NCBI GenBank assembly: GCA_977030845.1
Contig: OZ365112.1
Coordinates: forward strand, 15,128,001 to 15,192,000
DNA: 64,000 bases
From: Fimbriosthenelais zetlandica
Lineage: Eukaryota
Reading direction: 5' to 3'
Shown here: one piece after another, positions 28,097 to 38,020 of the stretch
How the letters are laid out: each line of letters starts with the position of its first letter
Position numbering within the stretch: the first letter of the stretch is position 1
Translations under genes and position numbers: made by a program
Notes under the pieces: model-generated
Database searches by the model: none
Told to the model about the DNA's origin: nothing
Seen by the model: only the letters and a program-made list of their open reading frames with translations

Positions 28097-28181
28097 GGAG
28101 GAACCGTTTGAACCATTACAAGAGGAGGATTATGACGACTTGGAGGTTCAAATAGAATTGAAGGAGGCAGTGGACGTCTGA
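28097..28181 (+). CDS. Small single-pass membrane protein, coding exon 2: (G)EEPFEPLQEEDYDDLEVQIELKEAVDV*
   Basis: Acceptor TTCATTTCCACAG|; the phase matches the previous exon (GG|G = Gly). Open to TGA 28179-28181, giving a strongly acidic tail; AATAAA at 28956, 29413 and 29988 downstream. Confidence 0.8.
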
Positions 28182-29591
28182 TTTATGATGTACGAAAATG
28201 GTGCTTTAAGGACAGAAACAAAAATGGTGTTCAACTTATTAATAATGACCTTCATGTGGGCAAAGACGTTTGAACACTCCTGTTTGGGTTTCCCATATTG
28301 CATCTCAAGTGCCAGGAAAACTTGATGCAAGTCGGCCAAGGATAACTAGGTCAATGTGAAGATGAAACGATCTTTTCAGGAAAGAATCAAGTCCAGGGGA
28401 GTAAAACACAATCCACTGATCAACAGGGCCATAGAAATTCCGATAAATGAGTCCTCAATATTTTACTGGTTTGTCCTGAATTTAAATCTTTTATCATATC
28501 AATGAAGCAGCTGCAGTGTGGCAGTGGAATAATCTGCACACAATGCTTCCCTTGTGAAGAGATAGATTGGAAAAGTTTTTGTTAATGCTGATTACATGTC
28601 TCTTGATAATAACCAGTGGGGAAAGTAAAGGACTGTTAGTGTTAATCTCGATATTTTCCAAGAGATAAACAAAAAAGGTTAGTGTCTACACATATTTCAA
28701 ACAGATGTTTCTGCAAAAGGTGCACATTTTGGTATTTCATATCAAGCACCCACCGGAACTCATTGGTAGCAAGAGAATGTTATGGAGACAGGGACATTTT
28801 CTCCAGGAATATGTCGTGTGATGGCCTCAGACAAAACGCCTTGTCGTGCATGCTTATGTGAACACCAAATGGAACCTTTTACTGCAAACCAGCTTATGTA
28901 GGCAATAATTTTGTGATGTTGGCAATATGAGTTACACAGTATGCCATAAATCATGAATAAACTTCATTTAAGGGGTGTCTTAGTTGAGACGGGATTGCCT
29001 CCATTTACAAAACGCTGTCAATGATGACCCATCACTGGACGAGGCAACAGGAATTAAGACACCCCAAATACTAACTAGGCTTTTACCATTTATCCTTTTT
29101 AAACCAAAGGCCAATAATATTTGGTTTGTTGCCTTCGTCAATGTATAACGATACTGATGGCCTTCTTATGCTGTCTGATGGTAAAACTCTTGAAAGTATT
29201 GAAGGAAGAAGGACAATGTCAAAAACCTGTATTGTACCGGTTATGCAGAAGAAAAGTTAATTTAATCAGTATTGTATTTTTTCTTCAAAAGATTCTGCCA
29301 GCGATCCGAATGTAAATCATGTATACCCCGCCACTGTTATGCGCCTCATCAATTGATAAGCCAGTTATTATTTGTGTTGTGCACCCTACGGCAACAAATG
29401 ACAATTTTATATAATAAAATATGACAGATCCAATCTCCCACCTGTTTCTACCTCTTACGTGGCACCATAGAACATGCAGATAATTAATAGATTCACTGTA
29501 ACCCTTATGCAAACATGTATTCTTGGATTTTAGTCAATGAATTCAAGGACGAATTCAAGGCAAGAACAATTCCTTTTTGACATAAAACATT

Positions 29592-29597
29592 TTTATT
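29592..29597 (-). terminator. Candidate polyadenylation signal of the ARM-TIR-SAM gene
   Basis: AATAAA on the minus strand followed by a U/GU-rich tract (TTGTTCTTG), about 2 kb past the stop; an alternative AATAAA lies at 30168-30173. Confidence 0.4.
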
Positions 29598-31604
29598 GAC
29601 ATTTATATCGTACAGATAAAAACCACATACAAACCTAACTGGACAAATATATGTGACAACTGTCATGCATGCATCTTTAAAACGATTGAGAAATATTCTG
29701 GTAGAAGCAAATTAGGTTATTCAATGAATGGTTTCATTGACGTTTTTCATTCAGAATTTGATTATCAATGTTTAGTCTGATCAGTAGACCTCATTGTTTA
29801 GAAGGTGCGGAGTTATTTGAAACATTGCTGATCTGAAAGTTGCTTATTCAAGATTATGCAAACGCTATGGGAAAGACATTCATCAACGTTCTGCTGTTGA
29901 AAGGAATGAGATACATGACCTATCCATAGTGCTGTGTAAGTTTGACGGGCCTTATTTGACACTCGTTTGACCTGACATTAGAAAACAAATAAATCCGCCT
30001 GGAAAATCTCTTTCCATCCACAGATCCATTTGATGTAGATCAATTTGGCACATGTGGTGCATCTTGAAACGGAAATGAGCACTCACCGAATAGGTGAGAA
30101 GAAGATAATTGACTATGGAGGCAGGACCAAGGATTTGGTCAATGACAACGTACTCTTGAAATTTGCGTTTATTATTCAAGTGTGGAGTAGAATAGCTTCA
30201 TCTTCACACTTCCAATGTTATTAAGACCATATTATTTTTGGGAGACCAAATAACAAGCTGCATCACTATAATCTGACTTTAGAGTTCATCCCTAATAAAA
30301 TAACACTTCTTGCATACAAATAAACTGTACAGTTTTGACTATGTCCTCCCAAGCAAATGAGGATTATTTAACATCTCCTATACTCAGATATATACAATGC
30401 ATCAATATAATTACACGTGCCTTCTATTGTGTTTTAAAAAGTATACTATTCAGCACACTTCTCTGAATGTTACAAATGCGTTTCAGGATGAATGTTCATT
30501 GCAGAAGGGCTCTTTAAATTAACTAATGGCAGCATAAATACACATTTTCCAAAGGAATATTCATAAATTATCTCAGACTATGTGCACATGACAGTTCATT
30601 TTAACAACGGATATGTTATCACCGTACACATCCATGTTCGCAATCAATAATACCAATAGTAATAATAGTAACTACTTGTTTCATTCTTCAAAATCTCGGA
30701 AGTCTTCAAGCTCAGTATCAATACACCATGGGGATATTATCCATTACTAATGATATGTACCAATAAGGTACAATAATTAATGTTTATAAATTCTCCTGAA
30801 CACTGTAATAAATCAATATTATCTTCTTGGCAATCCTAGAAAAGACCCAACAATGACAATGCACAAGACACGCGAGGTTTGGAACAAAACAAGATCTAGG
30901 ACTGCTAAACTGCTAGCACACAGTTTGCGATCAAAGATGAAATGACAAAATGTTGGACCATTCAAAGCAGTACCATTTTGATCTGCCCATTTATACGATA
31001 CATCAGTGGAGTATCTTATCGGACACGATAATTATAGTCGCCTTGTGACATTGATTTCATTGAAGATTTTTCAGAAGAACTATGTCATTCTTACCTAGTG
31101 ATAATCAGAAACATGACATACTATACCTTTTTCATGAAATCTCAATGTTGTGAAAAAACATTTCCAATACCAGTCATAATAACTCTCTCATGATGACCTT
31201 TCAATAATTTTGACAATGAACAGCTATACATATTGGTACAATGTATAAACTTGTCGTATGTGGATTCATTATATTTCCTTTGCCTGGGACCTGCCCACAT
31301 TCTGCTATCATGTATATCTGTTAAAGAGTTGGATATAATACAAGTAAAATAGGGGGTTTAAAAGAAAACAGGCCTTTTACACAAGCTTCTGATAATGATT
31401 TTGAATTAGCAACTAAGAAGCAAATTCGCATCCAAATCAAAAATGCATTCCACTTGGGCGTTGGAAAACAAATATGAAAATATTTCTTTCTCTTGCCATT
31501 CATAACAGAGATTCCCTTGTACATAATATTGCAAGTCTTTGCAAGAAAAACTCTTACAATGTGAGAGAGCCTAATGAAATAGCACCTATATTGTTGAATA
31601 TGTG

Positions 31605-31755
31605 TTATGTTAGCTTGTCTAGAGCACGTGTAAATTTTAGAGTTGAGACAAAGTCCAGTTTTAACTCATTTTTAACTGTATTGTAAAAGGTCTCTGGAGC
31701 TCGCGTTTGCATCTTCCTGATTTCAATCAATAACTCTCCATTAACATGGCCAAAC
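31605..31755 (-). CDS. ARM-TIR-SAM protein, last exon (C-terminal half of SAM-like domain): (K)FGHVNGELLIEIRKMQTRAPETFYNTVKNELKLDFVSTLKFTRALDKLT*
   Basis: Acceptor TTTAATTCCAG|; phase 2 matches the previous exon (AA|G). Open to TAA 31607-31605; has the G..L...APE.FY...K..L...LKF..AL pattern typical of this family's C-terminus. Confidence 0.9.
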
Positions 31756-31927
31756 CTGGAATTAAACATAAAGCAAATTATCGTGAGAAAAACCCCTCAT
31801 ACAGGAGAAAGAGCTTACTCCGTTTGTTATAATAATTATGTCCTACACTAAATACATTTATTCTGGTTCAAAAGCATTGTTGAAAACAACCCAATAGGAA
31901 ACAAAGAAGAGTCTGAGTAGCACATAC

Positions 31928-32069
31928 TTTTCTTGCAATGATCCTAAATCATTTTCTTGTAACCATTTAGCGACGTCTTCAACGTTCCATGAACTGATGC
32001 GCATAGTGGCATCCACATGTATTGCTGTGTTTATAGAGCTTAAACTGGGAGCTGCTACCAACCGCATAC
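31928..32069 (-). CDS. ARM-TIR-SAM protein, SAM-like exon: (G)MRLVAAPSLSSINTAIHVDATMRISSWNVEDVAKWLQENDLGSLQE
   Basis: Acceptor TTTCCTTTTAG| and donor AA|GTATGT; W..EDV..WL....L is the SAM signature; phase 1 to phase 2. Confidence 0.9.
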
Positions 32070-32839
32070 CTAAAAGGAAAATGAACAGCTATAATAGCAG
32101 ATCATAATGACTCCTAAGAGTTCTGCAATTGATCACTGTTGAAGACTAAATGGCGGTGGGTAGGGAATGCAGTTGTCAATAAATGATACTTAAAGATAAT
32201 AATGTGGAGAAAGAGAATACCCATCCTCTGACTCTTGGTAGATGCTAAATATACATGTACTTCGGAAAGGGTACCAATGCAAAATGATACCGGTATCGGT
32301 GTCCAATTATAGTTGCATTCTGGCAAGGACTGACATTTTATAGACTTAAGACCTTCAAGAGTCATGTGGCAAACAGAGCTAAAGGCAATCACTAAAGTTG
32401 TCCTTTTTAGATAACAGCTAATATTATGTACGTTAATTTTGTAAATTGCAAATTTTTAATAACAGATATTGTTTGTCAACCATCATTGATTGACGCTAGT
32501 GTATACGGAAGAGCTGACAATTTTTGATACACTTCCCTCCAGCAACAAAATTAATATTGATCTTTGTCTCAGAGCTTTTGTTCAGAATAGCATCGCCAAC
32601 CAAGGTAAAAATTACTCTAACGCTGTCATTAGTTAGCCCCAGCCTTTCAACTGGCTTTACCGCGACAATTAAACATCATTCGCCGACAGACATCACTCTT
32701 CGTTTTCGCCATGAATAAAACCATCTTGTATTGCAAAACTACAGCAGGTTTTCTTACATTTGTCATGGAGACAATTAGCATCGCTAACAGCACCGATGGG
32801 CTGACATTTCAGAGTTGTAATTAAAGCCAGACAAAAAGT

Positions 32840-32950
32840 AATCCCTGCCCGTCAGGCGGAAGTGACTGCGGTAGTTTGGAAGTGGTTAAGCTGGGATGAT
32901 TCCTGCGCGCTCTGCGGCTTTTCTTGCGTTAGCCCAGCAATGTATCTATG
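32840..32950. promoter_or_regulatory. Intronic CpG-rich promoter-like element
   Basis: GGCGGAAGTG (ETS/GABP-type) at 32855-32864 in a CpG-rich patch (about 32590-32960) inside the 3.2-kb TIR-SAM intron; minus-strand donor AAT|GTAAGA at 32758/32757. Confidence 0.35.
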
Positions 32951-34024
32951 GTAATGGACACGTAGCTGGATGAACACAGGCTGTGACGTGTTCATTTTAT
33001 TACCCCGATTACAATAGAGTCAGGAGAGAGAGACTGATAGATAACTTTTTGTGTGAACAAAGCAAGTTTTACTTGATGTTTTACTTGAAGGAAAAATCTA
33101 ACACAGTTGTAAGTGTTATGTATAGAGGCTTATAGAGTTTTCACTTCATGCAGGATTCTATAGATTCTGATATACATTTTGTACATTCATTCCCGATCTT
33201 CAAGGAGTACAGGAAAGAAAACATTTCCTGTATTCCTTTTCATAGACACCAAGGTACCAAGAGTTGCTATCAAGTAGCAAGATACTGAAAAGAACCATCC
33301 TTTATACCTAGAGTTTAAATATCTCTATGAGAAGACAATACCGGTAGAAAATATTATAGAGATCGACTTTACATTATGACATAAGCTCGTAAAAGGAAGA
33401 GATAACGATAGAAATAATAAGATGGATAAAAAATAGGTTAAAAACTTAAATCTAGAAACGCAAGGCAAATGAGTAAACTGATCATGCTCACTCCTTCTCG
33501 GAAATCACCCAAAATTTTTTAACAGTGGTGGGAGGTGATTTCATGAGACAGGGAAACCAACGTTACAGACATTGCTGTGTGCACTCACCTGTTGGGGATT
33601 GTTGGTGTTACGTGCAAGTCCTTACACAAAACAACTAACTAGTAAATATTACACTCTATACAGTTCTTGTTATGGTTCTGTTAAGTAATTTTGGGCTCTT
33701 ATCCATAAATCTAGGAGAAAGCACAAGGGTGAAAGGTCCATTGGGATGAACTCCCATACATTAAGTTCCAAATATTCAACACATCTATAACATTGAGCTC
33801 AATAATTTGTTTTAAAAACTCGAAATAGTGACTTTTGTCTACAATTTATGATTAGATTCCAAAACAAATTTCAAATATATCATAATGGATGACATAATTA
33901 TAATGTGGATATTTGTCACCCTTGGCTTTGTAACTGTCTAGAAGGAAGTTGTTAATGTTGTTAGACTGACTTTACCGGTACCTTTTTGATTATAAATCTC
34001 CATGGGAACCGTGGTGCTGTTCAG

Positions 34025-34159
34025 TGACGTCATACTTGGGGAGGAGAGATACCTCATTGCTAGATAACACAGAGACAACAGGAGATATCGTTACCATGGC
34101 AACTTGGGTTTGTCACCAGGCCTTAGGTCAGACGGCAACATGCCGTTGCCAACGGTAAC
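34025..34159. promoter_or_regulatory. CRE plus clustered RFX X-box-like motifs
   Basis: TGACGTCA 34025-34032, ATTGCTAGATAAC 34056-34068, GTTACCATGGCAAC 34090-34103 and GTTGCCAACGGTAAC 34145-34159. Confidence 0.45.
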
Positions 34160-35312
34160 AATTCAACATGGGGAAAACAATGGAACGATGCGCAACTACT
34201 TCAGGTTTAAAGAATCTAAAATATTAATCTAAAACTAAACTAAATCTTAAATTACTGTACGTAAATCAAATAGGGATAAACAAAAGAAAGAACCTAAACT
34301 TGCAATCTCTAACAAAATTACAAGTTATAATGGAAATTATAAAAAGAAAGATTTACAAAATTCAATCTCAAGTAGTACAATTATGTTATATTGTTGCATT
34401 AAGGCTTGAAAGGATATCTTTCAAAGGTGATCAAATAATAATGCGGGTTTTTATTAAACCAATTCACAATAAGAAAATCAACAAAATTTGAAAAGGATGA
34501 AAAAAAAAAGTTTCTAAATTGTTTTAATTGTAAACACAGGTAAAATTATGGTTAGTGGTCTCACTCTGTTCAATTGACATGCAAACATAGGGCAGTCAGC
34601 TAGATTTCAAATCACTCAAGGTTTTTCTATCCTAATGTGGTTAATAAAAGAACATAACATACGAAATAGTAGATGAAACAGATAGCAAAGATCCTCAGAC
34701 AAATTCCATATAAAATAGTTCCCATAAATGATAACTGTCAGTGGTCAATGTCGACAATGGTAATCAGTCTAAATAATTATAAATTTCATATTCATAAATG
34801 TCATGAAGCTCGACTAAAAAAAGAAATCAGGGAGGTGGGGTTGAGGGTAATCACTGGTTCAATTCATTTTAAATATTCCGTGAAGATCAATTCTAGTACC
34901 CGAAGGTCTTAAGTTGGGTTGGGCGTCCACTCAAAAAGCTATGCAAAGGGAAAGAGGCAATGACAACAAATGGGAAAGGATGTGCCAAAAGCGAAATTGG
35001 GTACAAACACCTGAGGAAGGGATACAACATTCCACCACCAGGTCTAACAGAACAGTAGGCCAAATCCTGCAGGTTCCAGTGAACACAAAACTTCCCACAG
35101 CCAAAAACAAAACCCAGCCAAATCACCACAACAAAATGTAAAAATATACAAGTTTCCACATTCCGACCACAACGAGATGGGAAATAAAATAACATAATGC
35201 ATCATCATTATCATCACCAAAATGCATCCATCTTCTAAACTATAAACCGGAAACTAAACCATCTTCCACCAGAGGAAGGTTTTGATGAGGATCTGCAGAT
35301 GGCTGCACCTAC

Positions 35313-35531
35313 CTTCAATGGAACTGCAGTCTGATGCTGGGCCGCGGACGCGACCTCTGGAGTTAAGTTCCCGTATCAAATTTGGCATCATGTTGTCAAT
35401 GTTGTCTTCACTTGTGAAATCAAAGGCGAGTTTGGAACCAACTAGTCTGCCTAGCCAGCCATCTGGATGATACCGGGGCTGTAGCTTCAGTGGGATTATC
35501 GCTTTCTTTAATCTGGTCGCATATTCAGATT
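35313..35531 (-). CDS. ARM-TIR-SAM protein, TIR exon 3: (E)SEYATRLKKAIIPLKLQPRYHPDGWLGRLVGSKLAFDFTSEDNIDNMMPNLIRELNSRGRVRGPASDCSSIE
   Basis: Acceptor TTTTCTATAATACAG| and donor AAG|GTAGGT; 219 nt, phase 1-1; IIPL.LQ..Y.PDGWLG and F-DF motifs of TIR_2-type domains. Confidence 0.92.
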
Positions 35532-35689
35532 CTGTATTATAGAAAAGAAAATCATAAGTCACATTATGATATCAATATCACTAAATCAGATCAACGTTCA
35601 CCATAACACCTCAGCGAACTCAAAGTTGTAATAACATCCCATTCTTTCTGCAGAGTATGTAAAAGAGTTTATATGCATGTCTCACTTAC

Positions 35690-35791
35690 CTGTTCTACAG
35701 ATGGGACTGTCTTTGTATTTTTGAGATAAACAAACAAGAAGTACTGCTGCTCTTTCTACAGCTAGTGACATTGCCTCAAGGCTGGGCAAAG
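35690..35791 (-). CDS. ARM-TIR-SAM protein, TIR exon 2: (A)LPSLEAMSLAVERAAVLLVCLSQKYKDSPICRT
   Basis: Acceptor TTGCTTGTTTTCAG| and donor CAG|GTAAGT; 102 nt, phase 1-1; LEAM..AVE.A.V..VC.S.KYK.SP.CR motif. Confidence 0.92.
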
Positions 35792-36288
35792 CTGAAAACA
35801 AGCAAAACTCCACATAATATGAACGCCCAATAGGATGAAAGAAGAGTGAATGAGTAAGCCAAGGGAGGCTGTGTAATTTTAGGTTCCCTATACTGAGGAG
35901 ACTTTTAGATCCAACACTCAGCCTGAGCGCCAGCTGATATTTGGCCAGCTTCCCATCTCTGACGTAAAACAAAATGTGATAGATAATCCAGAGAAAACGT
36001 GTATAACATGCAAGAGAACACTCTCAAAATATTAACAAAAAGTCATTTTATTTATTTTGACAATAAGGACTGTTTGAACATGACTTTTTACCAAATTATT
36101 AGGACGCAGAAGCGTAGGAAAGGAGGGCATGGACAGAACCCTGTCTCCTTCCCTCCCCACCGACCCATCTTGTCACCTTCCCTCACACCCACCTGTACTT
36201 ATGCAGCCCACCCATTTGGGAGGTCGAGGCTATGGGTATCATTTATATGTTTTATATTCTTTTTTACCCCAACATATACATGACTCAC

Positions 36289-36441
36289 CTATATTGTCTG
36301 TGTCCATCCAGACCTTGTAGCCGGCAGTACGGAGCCGGTCTCTGACCTTGGACATGACGAGACGTGTTGACCACTGGTAACTAATCATGACATGAGGTAA
36401 GTATGACGCTCCTACGTCACCGTTAACCCCGCGACTCCCAC
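36289..36441 (-). CDS. ARM-TIR-SAM protein, TIR exon 1: (G)GSRGVNGDVGASYLPHVMISYQWSTRLVMSKVRDRLRTAGYKVWMDTDNI
   Basis: Acceptor TGTTGGTTCTCAG| and donor TAG|GTGAGT; 153 nt, phase 1-1; HVMISY.W and GY.VWMD are TIR box 1 and beta-B motifs. Confidence 0.92.
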
Positions 36442-36603
36442 CTGAGAACCAACAGATAAAATGCCCATCAAAATTTAGCCTTACATAAAATATAATCAAT
36501 TTCTTGATTGATATACATTAAGATTGTCCTCAGTTGATGGAAAATGGGAGACCTGTACAATTGACGAATTTCTAGGACATTCAGATTCAGTTTTTTAACT
36601 CAC

Positions 36604-36858
36604 CAGGTATAGGTGATCCAGGTGGCTCCCTAAGTTCTTTATTTACTTGACTGATGGGATCCTTCCCGTGATCCTTGGCATTCTCCCTCCCGGCATTCTT
36701 AACGTGATCATTCCCATGATCCTTTACTTCCCCCCTGTTCTCTTTAACAGCCGGGTCTCTACCACAGCTGCTCGTCCGTTGTTGTATTACCCATAATGCT
36801 CCCTTGGCTGTCCTCCTCGTTTCTTCCCGAGAACCGTTTTGTTCCAAATCTTCTAAAG
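36604..36858 (-). CDS. ARM-TIR-SAM protein, last ARM helix plus charged linker: (A)LEDLEQNGSREETRRTAKGALWVIQQRTSSCGRDPAVKENRGEVKDHGNDHVKNAGRENAKDHGKDPISQVNKELREPPGSPIP
   Basis: Acceptor TTTCCTTCACAG| and donor CTG|GTGAGT; 255 nt, phase 1-1; A.GALW.I ARM motif. Confidence 0.88.
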
Positions 36859-37387
36859 CTGTGAAGGAAAGAAAATGGATTGTTCTAAGAAAGCTCATCA
36901 ACCTATTCTGACTGCCATCTTACAATTCTAGTAAAAAAGAACGAAAGATAACAAGGTCTACCAATACTTTTAGCATATTACACATGCAGGTTCCAGATGA
37001 TTTCGGAATGTTCAACACTAGAGCTGTCAGGATATCAGCTTCTGGCATATGTATACCGAGTGATCTGATGGAATATTAAGCTTTTTCCTAACAATAGTGA
37101 CGTATATCATGACATAAACGTGGCAGCTGGCATCAGTTGCCAGGGCAACCCTTGGTGTTTTTTGCTTTCATAGGTCACTCAACTACTTGATATTGTGGTG
37201 CTTTGGATGTTAGTTTCCAATGGTTGTTGTACATATACACGGGTATTAATAATTATGGCCAAACTTTAAATGCCTGGGTAGGAAATCCAGTGGAAAGTTA
37301 GAGAAAACATGTATGTACGAAAGATACACTTTCAGGGAAGAACATGCTTTTTCTGCGCCATAGGTGTACGTTTGGATTTAGACCTAC

Positions 37388-37582
37388 CTTTTATACAGCC
37401 TTTCTCTGCAAGGATGATTTGCCGGTTCGATCCACTAAAGGCAAAAACCCACAATCCCTGACAGGCCAGTATTTGTTCCTCTTCACTAGCGTTTCCTGAG
37501 AGTAATTTCGTGTAGACAGGCACCACACCCTTCTGTACGATACGTTCCTTGTTTGATTCGAAAGCTCCGAGACGATTCAACC
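37388..37582 (-). CDS. ARM-TIR-SAM protein, ARM-repeat exon: (G)LNRLGAFESNKERIVQKGVVPVYTKLLSGNASEEEQILACQGLWVFAFSGSNRQIILAEKGCIK
   Basis: Acceptor TTTACGTCTTTCAG| and donor AAG|GTAGGT; 195 nt, phase 1-1; N+..I...G..P.L..LL......EEQ..A...LW..AF is an armadillo repeat pattern. Confidence 0.9.
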
Positions 37583-37739
37583 CTGAAAGACGTAAAGCAA
37601 TCAGAAAATACTATTATGATCTAGTTTTTTTTATATCTTATGCAAGACATAATTAATATTTATTCTATGAGAAAATAACAACATGAACTTTTGTAAAAAA
37701 AAAAAAACAAAAAAACATGTGGTCCTCTAGACTACGTAC

Positions 37740-37824
37740 CAAATGCATGCCTGACCTCAAACCCACTGAACATATGAAGTACCCACTTCCCATGCCATAA
37801 ATAACCTATAAATAAGCTAATCAT
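37740..37824 (-). CDS. Candidate first coding exon of the ARM-TIR-SAM gene: MISLFIGYLWHGKWVLHMFSGFEVRHAF(G)
   Basis: The donor TTG|GTACGT gives phase 1 and a 157-bp intron, similar to the gene's other short introns (158, 162, 172 bp). The frame is bounded upstream by TAG 37839-37837. An alternative reading is an internal 66-nt exon 37805-37740. The donor is weaker than the others. Confidence 0.35.
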
Positions 37825-37959
37825 GGCAAGGGATATCTATGGTTTGTTTGCTTTTAAGTGATCCATCAGATTTTCGGGAGACCAGAGAGTGTAGTCTCTG
37901 TGGGGAGACTTAGGTCTTAGTAGAAAAAGGGGGACCTTTCTTGACTGGATAGCCGTTTC

Positions 37960-38020
37960 TGGCGATGGCAACCAGGTGGCTGTCAGTTTTAGGGCGTGCC
38001 GGAAGTGATGCGCAGTGACT
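37960..38020. promoter_or_regulatory. Promoter-like element upstream of the ARM exons
   Basis: Consensus ETS site CCGGAAGTG 37999-38007 flanked by GGGCGTG and TGCGCA, about 175 bp upstream of ATG 37824 on the minus strand. Confidence 0.35.

Noticed and set aside
29952-30179. ORF in the intergenic or UTR region as an extra TIR-gene exon
   Set aside because: The gene already terminates at TAA 31607-31605 with a family-typical C-terminus.
32500-32680. 57-codon open frame on the minus strand (CLIVAVKPVERLGLT...)
   Set aside because: No start codon or flanking splice sites; consistent with chance in a GC-richer patch.
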